From the NCBI GenBank assembly GCA_023213395.1, contig CM041465.1:186999741-187063740 (forward strand): a stretch of 64,000 nucleotides of DNA, written 5' to 3'. The translations under genes and the position numbers were made by a program. Shown here one piece after another: positions 28,680-41,429 of this stretch. Position 1 is the first letter of the stretch. Each line of letters opens with the position of its first letter. Under the pieces are notes generated by a model. It had not been told where the DNA came from, did not search any database, and saw only the letters and a list, made by a program, of their open reading frames with translations. Source of the DNA: Cycas panzhihuaensis. Its lineage: Eukaryota > Plantae > Cycadophyta.

Positions 28680-29400
28680 TCTTATCCTATATGAGTCCAC
28701 TCCTAGACAGTATGAATTCTCCTCATTGATGGTAAAAAATGGTTCACTTCTCTACTTGATAACAAGAAAGGCCTTGTTGGCCAATTTGAAGAGGTTTGAC
28801 ATGAAATGGTTTTATGTTCTATGTCTTGCTTTTTCCATTGCATTTGAAGTATCGTGTGGTCCAAATAGCTTTAATTCCCTATGCCAATCATCCTCGAGAC
28901 CACCAATGTAAATTTCAAACAATTCCCTTTTTCATATGTTTCTCAAATGAGTTGCCAATGACTAACATTTTATAGCATAATCAGCAACCATTTCAATTTG
29001 TTGTCAATGTGCCACTTGATTGAAGAAATCATTGTCCAATGTGTTCCCATATTATTTGAAAAAATGCCTTATGAAAATCTCCCATGTAATAGAGACAGAA
29101 CTAGACTTCTTGGACAACAATAAATGCCAATTGCATGTTGATCCTTTCAAGTATAGTGAGGCATATGTGATACATCCCTCATCTATCCAATGGTCATTTT
29201 TAAAATATGCTTCTAGTTAGCTAATGCAAACTCTTGGTTCAATTTTTATTTCTCTGCCAATTTTTTGTTGATATATTTTATCAGGAAATTTATTTTGAGT
29301 AGTCCCTATGGATAGTCCTCTTGGTTGTACAAAATTGATCATGGCATTCGCAACTTAACCTTGTCAAAATCATATTCGTTTGAGATTTCATTACGACCAT
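28680..29400 (-). mobile_element. Gypsy gag remnant
   Basis: Minus frame EPRVCIS*LEAYF..YASLYLKGSTCNW..ITWEIFIRHF..VADY..YIGGLEDD..ELKLFGP matches the Retrotrans_gag pattern. Confidence 0.65.
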
Positions 29401-30539
29401 ATCTACATCCAAGGTACTACAGTCCACACGGAGGGTACCTATCTCATTTTCCATTTCACCTACATCATGGTTAATTTATGCATTTGTCAACACTTTTATA
29501 CCTTATAAGACCCCTTGAAAAAATTTTATAGATTAATGAGTGCCTCTTAATTGTTTCTCCAAAGAGACTCTAAATGGCTAACTGTAGTTAACAAAATAAC
29601 ACAACTGCTATTGAAAGACTTAATAACTTTGACAATGGTTAAGGCCTATACCATATAAAGTTTTGTGTGTAGTGTAAGTTTCAAATCAAAATACAATATT
29701 CCTATTCTTGGTGGGAAATCTTGTTTTAAATCATGTTAAGTTACCTTTAAAACTAAGTTTTAATTTAACTTAGGGTAAATATATTCAAGGCCTAGCTTGA
29801 ACATTGCACAAGCTTAAGAATGAGAAGGATCAAACTATCAGTTACGCAAACTAACTTTAAATTTGACCAATCTAATAGCTATTGTGCTGTCCAAGACTGT
29901 GGAGAGCACTACAATCATTAGATTGACCGCATTTAAGCCCATTTTGAATAATGAGTAGTTTTCACTTGGGCAGGAATGATGAGCATACCACAGAACCCAA
30001 AAGAATGCAAATGAGCGATTGCATTAAGACTCTGGATGCATATGAAATGATGCTTTGACAAACTATTAGTAGGTAATGATAGAAACAAGAACAGAAGCAG
30101 ACTAATGCCTAGCCAACAGAAATTAATCTAAGGCACAAATAGCAAAAAGGAAAAGAGGATTCTGAAAAACTCTTAACCCCATAACTAAATAATTGAAGAG
30201 AAACTGCTTGTGAGGGTGATAACGTGCACATTTGAGCAACAGCCAAGTAGCAAAAATGTGTTGAGTAACAACAACCAAGTGAAATCATTGATTAAAGGAA
30301 GCAATAACCAATGGAAAGCAGCAATTAGGAATTCAACATATCAGCATGAAATGTTGTAATTCCATTGTGAACTTCCACCAGCCCAAGTTACCAATTGCAA
30401 TGTAACCATGAAAGTAATGAGAAAATAATATTGAAAATATATTTATTAATAATGAATTGATGGTGCCACCAGAATACATTCAATACAAATATATACACAA
30501 TATTGGGATCATTGAAGAAATTACATACCCTTCTACCCT

Positions 30540-32180
30540 TTCACATGAACTTGTAACTTCTCTCAACCTTTCAAATGTTAATTGACTAGGTTGATAGCAT
30601 TCCCCTCCAACTGGACCGACTACATAATACAACCTATAGTTAAAGTGGGAGATCACTTAGATCTTAGAAACCACAGAACCATCATAATTGGGCACTCTGT
30701 GGTGAAACTTTAGCCCACTGTCCTAGAGACTCACATTTCATAGTTGGTAAATGGAAGGTGGCTCAAAATAACAGGCCAAGTAAAGCTTTTGGCAACATTA
30801 CTGAATGCTGGGCCACATTTTCAACCTCAAGGCTAATATTGAGGAGTCTAGACATTGAGGAACAAAGGTTTAATATCATTTTATTGAATTAGCTGAGGCC
30901 TTAAGTACAGTTTCCAAGCATTAGAGGTTCCATTCATTAGGCATTCCTCATGAAGCCATTTTAGCATTGATGACTTTATATGAGAGGGTTGTGGGCAGAG
31001 TCCATACTGCTAGAAGCTTTTCAAGAAACATCTGCGACATTGTTGACATTAAACAGAGATGTCCCTCCTACTCTATATCTATGTCACAAGAACCAATATG
31101 TGAGCCCCAAAGTTCTCATTATGTATGCATTGGAAATGTAAACCAGAGTTCTATGTTTCCAACATAGAAACCACATTCCCACCCCCACCCAAAGGCATAT
31201 GGGATAATTCGAGAATAGTTCTCAAGACCGAATCACAATTCAGTCACATTTGCATTGTTAAAGTGCAAATCTGTAAGAAATGTAATCTAATACCCACAAC
31301 TCCATTGACATGAGTCTGAAGTGGGAATTTTAGCACAAATGACATGCCCTTTCCTAGCCCCAGAGCTTGTTCCCACACACCTAACCTGTTTCACCCCAAA
31401 CATTCCTACATGCCCATTCAATTTTTGGCCAGTTCTACAAAGACATAGATCCCATTCCCTATCCCTCCTTAAGGCATGTGTGAAGTGGGAGTTTGACCAC
31501 AAACTTACATGTGACCATTCCCAAAATGCCCAGCTCAACTCATCCCATTCAAAGCCCATCACCCTGTTCCTTCTTGCCCCATTCCTAGTTGGCTAGCCCA
31601 TTCCTGCCTATCCAAACTATTCCCAGCCAATTAGCCTACTCCTGTCCGTCCAAACCATTTCTAGTTAACTCATAGTTCTAACCCATCCAGACCATTAAAA
31701 CAGAGTCTGCATTGTTCATACTAAAATAATCAATGTGAATTACTGAATATCTGGTCTTTGGAAAACTAGATAGAATCACATATGCATAAGTCATAACTGC
31801 ATATTTCTTTAATACTTTTTTTAAGTTTATACATTTTCCTTTTTTCTTTTTCTATACACAAAACATTTCCTAATCATGAATCTTTCACTTTCACAATTCA
31901 GTTCCTAATATGAACCACATACCATATGCATACTGTGTTTCTTGTAACTTGGCTCCGTATGGACTCTAAATTGATGACCTAGAGCAAAACATTGGAGAGA
32001 CTGCACACCCAGATGATAGATGCATGTTCTACAACTTGTGGATTGTACTACTTTTCATTAAGGGTGGCATCTTACTATCCTCCACTCCACAAAGGTTGAA
32101 ATAACAACTAGACTCCTTGGACTCATTTTGTCATGGGAAGCAGTTGGAAGCAGACCTTGAGAAGACTGGGGTCACAGCCT
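30540..32180 (+). mobile_element. Decayed LINE reverse-transcriptase fragment, split by a hAT MITE
   Basis: NWTDYIIQPIVKVGD..NHRTIIIGH, GHIFNLKANIEE, LGIP..LYERVVGRV..IKQRCP, then after the insertion PTLYGL*IDDLE..ILLSSTPQRLK*QLDSL..DLEKT. This is the non-LTR RT motif order. It may extend upstream to ~29950. Confidence 0.8.
31079..31952. mobile_element. hAT-type MITE (874 bp) inserted in the LINE
   Basis: Imperfect TIRs CTATGTCACAAGAACCA / TGTTTCTTGTAACTTGG; 8-bp TSD CTCTATAT (31071-31078) / CTCCGTAT (31953-31960). The LINE frame rejoins when it is removed. Confidence 0.75.
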
Positions 32181-32544
32181 CCAGCACTTCTGTGAGGCTA
32201 TGTTGAAATTGTCCTTTATTTATCAGGGGCAGGTGGTGGAGGTTGTTACATCATATGCTCGTCTAGGGGTTCAGTTTAGGAATCCTAGATTTAGTCTTCA
32301 GATGTGCAGCTCAGTCCAGATTGATTAAGGTTTTGGAGAAAATGAAATTAGAAAACATAGTGGCAGTCCATTTTTCTACGAACTTCAAGTAAAAGCATAA
32401 GATTGATATGAAGATATACAATGAATTGTTTATGCTCTAATTTCATCCAGATCCCCAGATATTGTTAATTGCGTTTATGCAGAAGATGGCAAACCATGTC
32501 CATTTTAACCAGTAAACTAGCTCAGATTTCAGAGTGAGTGTTAC

Positions 32545-33569
32545 CTCGAATTCTCGAAAGCGTGACAGGGTGAGAAGCTCAACCAAAAGTGGTCTGATTT
32601 TCTTCCACAAAAATTGGTGTATCAGCCTCATTTGCAGACTATCGATGGAGTCAGAATCATTTCCATGAGTATCTTCCATGTCACAATCGATATCATGTAC
32701 AATATCTTCCTCGTTGCTGGAAATAGACATCATTTCCTGGAGCATATCAATCAAGCAATAGTTTGAAGAAATCAACTTACATAATTCATCCATACAAAGC
32801 AGTGCTGTGTGGAGTAATCCCTCTGCTGCTTCATCAGCTGTTTTTTTCCCCCTGCCATCTTTGGTCTTTGTTTTATCCTGGGTTGAAGCTGAAGAACTTG
32901 AAGCTGCTTTTAATAAACAAATCATTTGTAACAAAGGACCACCCAAGACTTTAGTATCACCATCAACTAGAGCTTTTAATGGACCCTGAGATTCTGCTCG
33001 GAGATATGCTTCACCACAAAATGCTTTCAGATGGCGAAGACATGTCTTCAATGCAAATGAAGCAAGTTTGAAGTGATGGATATTTTGCTTCCGCAATGTC
33101 CCTTGGCTACGACATTGAGAAGTTGTCTGGGTAGTACAAATGTCAGCTGTATTTAACATCAATAAATCCTTTAGTAGGTGTGCAATGTTTGAAGTCGATA
33201 AAAAAGGAATCCTATCTTGAGCAGAATTTAGTGGAGCTGAGTTTAAACCATGTCGAAAGTTAATGTTAGACTGATTTCCAGCCTCTTGAGTCTGTCCCTT
33301 AGTATCCAACACAGGTTTTGCAGAGCCTTTCCGAGGCATATTTCCTTGCTTTCTAAAGGCTAGCTGCTCCAGAGAATCAAACATCTCCAGTAAGACTATA
33401 AGTTCATTTCTAGCCTCTGCTTGGTCTGCATCAGTTGTCTTCCCCATATCCGTGACCACAGCATCAATTAAGACCTCCATGACTCCTAACAAAATACGAG
33501 CCTGTCCAATATTCTTTTCTCCTTCTGCAGAGTCTAGACCAAAATTTTGAGTCTTATCCAAATTGTATT
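32545..33569 (-). CDS. FANCI: FANCI coding exon 10 (1025 nt)
   Basis: cag|AATACAAT acceptor, TTCGAG|gtaaca donor; phase-consistent with exon 9; EYNLDKTQNF..RFREFE. Confidence 0.88.
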
Positions 33570-33707
33570 CTGCATTGAAATATTCAAGAAAACCAATAAG
33601 AGAAAAGTACTATAAACTTATAAAGCATATGCAACTCATAATAAGCAGGAAACTATACATGAGTTTGTAAAGTTTTGTATATATTAGCCGGTGAACCATG
33701 CACAAAC

Positions 33708-33789
33708 CTCCCAATTTGTTACTTTGAAAGCTCTTTCTTAGGTGCGCAAAGGCATTTGCAAAAGATTCACCAGGCAGGACTCCTCCCAC
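33708..33789 (-). CDS. FANCI: FANCI coding exon 9 (82 nt)
   Basis: tacag|GTGGGA..GGAG|gtttgt; VGGVLPGESFANAFAHLRKSF. Confidence 0.85.
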
Positions 33790-33905
33790 CTGTAAGGATA
33801 TGTTAGATTTGGTTGCACCTCTTCATAAGCTCAGGTTAGTGCTTCATATACAATATGCATGTGGGTTAAAGTTGGAGAGCATAGATCACTAGATAAGGAA
33901 ACTAC

Positions 33906-34097
33906 CTCATTATCCTGAGATAAAGAGAATCCAAAGCATGTCCAGGAATATTCTGACTGCTGACCAGCTTTATTCTGTGGCTGAAGAACAAGAAGCCGAT
34001 GGACACAGGAAAGTAAATAGTCTAGTGGCTCCTCCAGACAGAGTGACCCATTTTGAAATTTAACACAATCACTTAGTTTGAGCTGGACCCCACCATC
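33906..34097 (-). CDS. FANCI: FANCI coding exon 8 (192 nt)
   Basis: gcag|GATGGT..AATGAG|gtagtt; LEEPLDYLLSCV..CFGFSLSQDNE. Confidence 0.9.
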
Positions 34098-34317
34098 CTG
34101 CAATCCAAAAAATAACCGGTGAAGACCATAATATGTATGGTCAATGTCTTTCTTTCACCTACCATAAACTCCTTATCAAGGACTTTTCCTTAGCAAATTC
34201 ATAATGTCTTCCAACTGCAAGCATCAAATTCTTAGGAACAGCAACTAAAAAGGTGTATCTTCCCTTGTATGGGCTTGAAGTACAATGCTAAGCTAAAAAA
34301 ATAAATCATCCAAGTAC

Positions 34318-34440
34318 CTCTCTGAGTACACAAAACCGTAAAAAATGAGGCCATAGCAGATCAAAGACAGGTCCTGCAGCTGCGGGATCAACCAGTACAA
34401 GTTTCACAAGTCCTTTGTACAGAGTTTCTTTTACACGTGC
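34318..34440 (-). CDS. FANCI: FANCI coding exon 7 (123 nt)
   Basis: ctacag|GCACGT..GAG|gtactt; ARVKETLYKGLVKLVLVDP..LWPHFLRF. Confidence 0.9.
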
Positions 34441-34530
34441 CTGTAGAACAAAAACAACAGACCAATAATTTGAGTTAGGTTAAGCCTTACAACAACAGAA
34501 GGAAACAACGGCATTAAGATATGTACATGC

Positions 34531-34776
34531 CTGCTGTGAAAGACACCTCCGCAATAGACCTTTGAGCTCCTGAAATAGATTTAGTCCTATCGCATAGGAG
34601 AGTTTGATTTGCTGACTGCAGCTAGCCTGACTTGAAGATTGAAGGAAAGAATCTGAATCACTGTTGGACAATTTTTTCTCTGATATAATTAGATCTATTA
34701 TGGCTCTAGTTGCAGCCATACGTGCAGATTCTTCCCGTCCAAACATTGCCTTCCGCAACACCAGAATGGTGTAATT
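34531..34776 (-). CDS. FANCI: FANCI coding exon 6 (246 nt), ending in a GC donor
   Basis: acag|AATTAC..CAGCAG|gcatgt; YTILVLRKAMFGREE (conserved ubiquitinated Lys) and SSSQASCSQQ SQ cluster. Confidence 0.92.
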
Positions 34777-34891
34777 CTGTGATAGTGACCACTGACTGAA
34801 TCATAGAATTTTGACAAAGGCATCTATTCTACTGAAAATCACTGTAAGCTCTTATTGCTGTCCTTTTAAAAATCACTGTAATAATCAATAC

Positions 34892-35051
34892 CTGAAGATC
34901 ATGGCTCATCTGAAAGAGTGGGCATATAGCTCTAATAAGAGAAGAAGCAGACACTGAATTCAAAAAAGTGAAATAGTCTAGGCACTCCTTCAAGCGTGCA
35001 ATGTGTTCCAGCATGAGGTGTGGGTAACCCTGCACTAGCAGATCAAGTAAT
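34892..35051 (-). CDS. FANCI: FANCI coding exon 5 (160 nt)
   Basis: gcag|ATTACTT..CTTCAG|gtattg; LLDLLVQGYP..LKECLDYFTF..DLQ. Confidence 0.9.
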
Positions 35052-35124
35052 CTGCAAACCCAGCTTTTGTAAGAGTGCTTGTAGAGACCAACGCAAAACA
35101 TCCATGAACATATTATGGGATCAC

Positions 35125-35189
35125 CTGATGACTGGAGAGCTTTGTTGAGGCTTAAGAGAAATTATACGAAATTTACTCTGTTCTATAAT
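35125..35189 (-). CDS. FANCI: FANCI coding exon 4 (65 nt)
   Basis: gcag|ATTATA..ATCAG|gtgatc; IIEQSKFRIISLKPQQSSPVIR. Confidence 0.88.
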
Positions 35190-35330
35190 CTGCAAATCAA
35201 GATGGTCATATATATCAATAGAGTCACACCTAGCTTTCCGAATAAAGATCATCTTCTATTTAACAGCATCAAAACTATCAGATGACTTTTAATAGAAAAG
35301 ATGAACATGTCATTTTTTTGCCGTACAAAC

Positions 35331-35525
35331 CTCATTTCGTGCCATCTCATGAACCTCAAATGCTGTCCTCAATACTTGGATGCCCAGCTCCCTGCTCCCT
35401 ACCAGCCCATCACAACTGTCTAATGTGGAGGCCATCCTCCCAGCTTCAACAGATTCAAGCAATGTAAAACCAATCCAAACAACACTGGGTATGATGTGGT
35501 CTCGCCCAAAACTACTATTTTGAAC
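35331..35525 (-). CDS. FANCI: FANCI coding exon 3 (195 nt)
   Basis: tttcag|GTTCAA..AATGAG|gtttgt; FGRDHIIPSVVWIGFTLLE..FEVHEMARNE. Confidence 0.9.
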
Positions 35526-35759
35526 CTGAAAGACAGAAAAAAACAGTATGTGCACATAAAATGGCAATGCACAAGACAATAGAAGCTAATGAGAATATTT
35601 TCACCTTGAAAGCAAACAGCAAATGCACAATCATAACATTTCCGTAAGGCAATATATGTACGCAGTAATAGCCAGAACTTTGACGTTTGATAGGGAAGTA
35701 AAAACTCCTGTTTAAAGCTTAGCCATGGACAGGGATTGAAAGACAAAGGAGAAGCTCAC

Positions 35760-35841
35760 CGCTTGTATCAAGGCTTGCTCTACTGCTTTTGCAGTCTGCA
35801 AACACTGTATTTTCATGACATCTGGAAGCCATGTACAACCT
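35760..35841 (-). CDS. FANCI: FANCI coding exon 2 (82 nt)
   Basis: ttgcag|AGGTTGT..CAAGCG|gtgagc; completes the phase-2 AG|A codon from exon 1; GCTWLPD..VEQALIQA. Confidence 0.85.
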
Positions 35842-36857
35842 CTGCAAAGCATGTATGACAGCTCAGGATATTGTAAAACCATCCAAGAACCTTAATTTCA
35901 AAGTTCTCAATTTAGCCTGAATCAGTGCTCTACTACTGTGAAAGTAAGCAGGTTTGTGTTAGACTTAATGTTCACTTCATTATAGTGTACTATAAGGTCA
36001 AAACTTAACGTCATAGGTTCTAATTATTTATGTGGATTAGTTAACACCACCTGCATGATTGACAAGTGTCCAGCATGCACAAGCATAAACTTGTATATGT
36101 GTGTGTGTGTGTGTGTACAATGTATTCTCATTCTCATATAAGGTGAATATCAATTATTCTCTACTAGTAGAGCAATTCTACCACTAATATCTGTATCATT
36201 TTCTTGTTGCTTGCACTCAGCTATTGTTTACATTTTGGTATCAGAGCTAGGCTCTCTCTTTTCAAATTTTTTAGAGTGCAAGTATGCTTGGTGACAATCT
36301 TCACAAAATGAAGACGATCCAAGTAATCGCAGGCTTTTTTAAAGATGTATGGACCCGTACAGACCTAGATGGACCTGCTACAATGAAAGGCAAAAAAGAA
36401 TCTCAAATCAAAGCCCTCGAGTGCACAAACTCCATCATGAAATTTTGTGGCTTTTTCATAGAAAAAACAAAGACCAAAATCAAGGACAGCCAAATTTCTT
36501 CCTCTGCTCACTGCAAATTGTACAAGCTGAATTAGGAGCTCAGATTTTAGGAGAATATAGATCTCATCAAGAGCATTCAATTGCAACCAGATTCAACTGG
36601 CTTTTGTGTTTGTATGCTTCGAAACAAGCAAAAGAAGAAAGAAACCCTAATTGTCAACCATACAATTTGTTAGCTATAACTCCGTTCATAGAACTTGAAA
36701 TCAAAATTTGTCTGCAAACCTGGAACTGCGCCTAGGAGACATACATTTTGAGTATCATTTCAATTTTTAGGGTTCATTACTCTAAATCTGTGCAATCATA
36801 TAGAACCATACGAATCAAAATTTTCTGTACTCAAGCAATAGTAAAATAATATATTTT

Positions 36858-37513
36858 CTTTGATACCAGATACAGCCATTTTGTCAGCTGTATCCATTTC
36901 AGGTATGTCTCGAATATGGGGGTACCTAGATACAATCAAGATAGGGCCCATATATATATCCTAACCATATCCGAGATACATCCAGTATCTTGGGCCATAT
37001 CCCAGTTGTATCGACAATCCCACAGGACTGTGGGTCATATCCCAAACCCACAGTCACCATTTTTGTTTTTTTGTTTTTTTTGCTTTTCTTATTAAAAAAA
37101 CAAAAGTAATATCTCTAATGCATAAAAATAGTAGGGGGAAAGGGGAGAAAAACACAATTTCTTTTTCTAAAAATGTTCAAAATAGAGAATGGTTTTGACA
37201 AAACCGTGGGCCAAATGGTGCACGTTTTTGCCCAAAAATATGGGCCATTGTTTATATGGCCTGCCTGAAACAGTGAATTGTTGTTTCTACTTAATGGGTG
37301 CCCTTTCCCTCTCACAAAACACATTTTATAAATGTGCATGAGCTTTTTTTCATTACTTCATCTTTGTTGCAGAATGTTTTATGTGTTTTACAACTATGAC
37401 TTTGTATATGTTTATTGAAAACCCTAACTTGTCGTATCCACGTATCTTGGATTTTAGGAAATGTCGTATCTGTATCTACTCCTGGTCCTGCACTCGCGTA
37501 TCTAGATACTTAG
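36858..37513. mobile_element. hAT-like MITE in the leader of element A
   Basis: Many GATAC/GTATC subterminal motifs; near-identical 8-bp flanks TATATTTT (36850-36857) / CATATTTT (37514-37521); degenerate TIRs. Confidence 0.55.
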
Positions 37514-40500
37514 CATATTTTGCTATTTGGGCTGGGTTTTTGGCCCACCATGGTATGTAATTTGAATTTTTTGCTATTTTTCAATCTTTGAAGACATGCA
37601 ACAACATTGCACAATGTGAAACTATTTTTAGCCCCTATAAAAAGTAATTTCACTTTACAAATTAACACAAAACTGATCTATTAAAAATCACCAAAAATGT
37701 ACTCAAGAAAAACAAGGTATTATCAAATCTATGACCTCTAAGAAAAGCAACATATGCCTTGCAAATCAACCTTGCCCACTTAAAAGTATTAACTGAACAA
37801 GAAAACCAATGTATTATCAAAGCTATGGCCTCTAGGGAAAGCACAATACACCTTGCAGATAAACCATGCTTGCTAAGTAATACACATACTTGATTGCATA
37901 AAATGGCTAGCAACATGCTTAATACACTCATTGAGAAATTAACAGGCATAGAAAACTATCTAACATGGAAGCATCAAGTAAAAATTTTATTAATGCTAAG
38001 TGGCATGGTCCCATATTAGTGGCACTACCAAAAAACATGATTTAGATCAAACAACTCAGGCAAAAAATGTTGCCAAAGATAGGGCTACGCTTACATTGGT
38101 TACTCTATCAATAGGAGGAAACTTAATTGAAAATGAATAGGATACCACAACAACTAGAAAAGCATGGGACTCGATTGCAACCATTTATGAACACAAAAAT
38201 GATGCTTGAGCTTTATTAATAAGAAACCAATTATACAACTTAAAGCTAGAAGATGCTATGTCTGATCATCAGCAACAAATAAAAGGAATTAAAAATCAAC
38301 TTAGAACTGTTAATGAAACAATTACCAATAAAGAGTCAATTGCCTCCACACTCAAACGTTTACCTAAATCACATGAAAGTTTTATCACCAACCTAACCAT
38401 GGGCAAGAAAAATAAAAACCATGACTTTTAATGAACTTGAAGGTTTGTTGTTGCAACATTAATAGTTGTTAAAGAACAATGAAAATTGAGAAACGTTTGG
38501 AGCATATGCTCTTCCTTCCAAGAAGGATGGAGGAATTGAGCATCTAGGATGATAAACCCCAAACCATCAAAGGATAAAGCAGGCCAAGAGAATGTTTACT
38601 GTTGTGGGAAACCTGGCCACCTCGAAAGAGACTATAAGAAACTACAACATAACCAATTGAAAGGAGGCGATTAGGACATTTTGTAGATACTCAAGACACA
38701 TAGGACAAGCAACTATTTGTTGCAACTCTTCAATCTCAACATAACACTGAAGAGACCTAGTACTTCAGGAGCTACTTGTCACATGACAAGCAAACAAAAG
38801 TGGTTCTAGAGCATAAATGAATCAAGGGATAATATCACACTTAGTGATGACACGGCTCTTACAATCAAAGGCATGGTGATGTATCAATAAATGATGATGG
38901 ATATATTAGCAATATTTTATGTGTACCTAGCTTAAAGAAAATTTCTATCTCTATAAGCTAGATTGAAAAAAAGAAAGTGAGTGTCCTTTTTGAAAATGGG
39001 CAATGTCTAATTAGAGACAAAAACAAAAAGATTGTTGCATTTAATACTGAAGAACATGGCCTCTATAAGTTGCAAGCAAAATCAGAAGAATCGAAGGCTC
39101 TCATTGTTAATGTAACCCAAAAAGACCATTGATGCCATAATAGAATGGACCATTTGAATGATTGTTCCCAATTAATGTATAGAATGAACATGGTCAATGG
39201 CTTACCAAAATAACTAACGATAAATACTTATGTGAAAATTGCATTTTAGGTAAACAACACTAGAAAATACTCAAAAAAAAAAAGTCTTGGAGAGCAACAC
39301 AAAAAATAAGCCCTAGTACACACTAATTTATGTGGCCCAATAGCCACAACATCAAATGGAGGTGCAAGATATTTTCTGACTTTCATAGATAACTTCTTAA
39401 GTAAAGCTTGGATATACTTCATCAAGGACAAATCTCAAACCTTTGAAATTTTTAAAGAGCCCAAAGAAGTAATTAAGAATAAAAGTGGGAAGAAGCTGAG
39501 AACTTTGAGATCAAAACATAGGGAAGAATACACTTCTAAGGAATTTGAACAATATGGCAAGAGCCATGGAATCAAAAAACAATTCACAATTCCACATACG
39601 CCACAATAGAATGGACTTACAAAAAGAATGAACAAGATCCTAGCAAAGAAAGTTAAAGAAATGATAAAAGGCAAAGACTTGTCTACAACCTTTAGATAAA
39701 AGTTGTAAGCACAATAGCCTATTTAACAAATAGAAGTTCTACAAAAGTAGTAAGGAACATAACTCCCAAGGAGTCATGGTCCAAAGAAAACCTATAGTGA
39801 GTCATTTCAAGACATTTGGTTGCACAACATATATGCGCATTCCAAAAGAAAAGCATTAGAAGTTTGATAATAAAAGCTCTAAATGTATCTTCATTGAATG
39901 CAATGAGATAAGTAAAGCTTAGTGGGTGCAAGAGTTAAAATCAAAAAAAGGTTCACACAACTCAAAATGTCATCTTTGCAGAAGATGACAAAGAAACTGT
40001 GGGAATCCTATCGGGGATTCACACCTCCAATGCTGATAAAATTCTACACTTGAAGGCTAATTAAGCAACTTATCCAGAGAAAAGAAAGTTGTGCTAAAAC
40101 TACTACTATATGGTTCAAAAAATAGACTGAAATATTAAGTAAAATAATATATATAAAACTGTCAAAGACTTACAAGATATAAATGCTTGAATCTGACTCC
40201 CTCTTCAAGGCGAGGTGTCCTCCCAATTATTGCCCTTAAGACAAAAATATGGCAAATCCAAAACTTCTCAAGATATCCAAGAACAAGGCCAAATAGTCTT
40301 ATAAATAAGCGGGTAGAAAAGTGCCAGAGATTTCAACTAATAGGGATAATAGAAGTCGACCAAAATAAAGAAAAGAGGCCAGCCAGAATACTTTTGAAAG
40401 TTGACAAAAAAGAGACATAAATACTACTAGTTTGAAGTCAACTAGACTGAGACAACATGCATAATAGGTGTTGGCTAGACTACAAAAAGGGACGCTACAA

Positions 40501-41429
40501 GTCCCTCACCTTGAAAACATGCTTTGCCCTCAAAGCATGGGTAAATTAGGGTATTGACGGTACCATTCTTTTGACTCCCAAGTTGTATCTTCTTGATTCA
40601 GTGTCTTCCACTTAATGAGATATTCTTGGATTTCTCTCAAGCGTAGTCTTTTTGTACGAATTTGTAGAATTCCCTCTAGTTTGATAATGATCTTGCCTTC
40701 ATCATCAAGTACTGGCAATTCTGTTTGAGGCATGATATTTTATCTAAGTTTTTATTTGAGACATGACACATGAAAGATGTTATGGATTCGACTGTTCAAA
40801 GGAAGGTCTAGCCTATACGCTACTTTCCCCACCTTATCGATAACTTGATATGGGTGGGCCAAAGAATCACGATTATAGTTTATGTTTTCTAGATTATTTA
40901 ATGGAGGATTGTTTATATGGTTGGAGTCTTAAGAAGACCCAGTCACCTGTCGTAAAGGCTCTTTCCGTTCTATACAAATATGCATATTATTTCATCTGAT
41001 TCTTAGCCAGGTTGAGGTTGTCCTTCAGTAGTTGCATTGTTTGCTCCATTTGTTCCTGTTGTTCTTGAACTGATTGTCCGCAAGAGATGTTTGATCATGT
41101 GAGGATGGATGGCAGTTCAACTCCATATAGGGCTTGGAATGGGGTCATTTTTGTAGAAGTATGGTACGTGGTGTTGTACCACCATTTGGCAAGGTGGAGC
41201 CATTTGTGCCACTCAGATGTGAAGTTCTAAAGGTACCCTTCAAAACATATATTCACGACTTCAGTTTGTCCATAAATTTGGGGGTGGTAGGCCGTAGTCA
41301 TGGATAATTTTATGCTCACTAGTTTAAATAACTCTTGCCAAAAGTGGCTAGTAAGCTTAGGATCATAATCGCTAATTATAACTTTTAGAAATCCATGTAG
41401 GCAGTGTATCTCCTTTATGTAAATCTCAC

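Noticed and set aside
29490-29700. Possible decayed PBS plus LTR start (TATAAGACCCC) for the gag remnant
   Set aside because: Too degenerate, and no second LTR is present in the window.
32443-32544. C-terminal extension of the 372-aa ORF as the FANCI stop
   Set aside because: This is read-through past a strong GAG|GTAACA donor; the residues are not FANCI-like and the protein would be too short.
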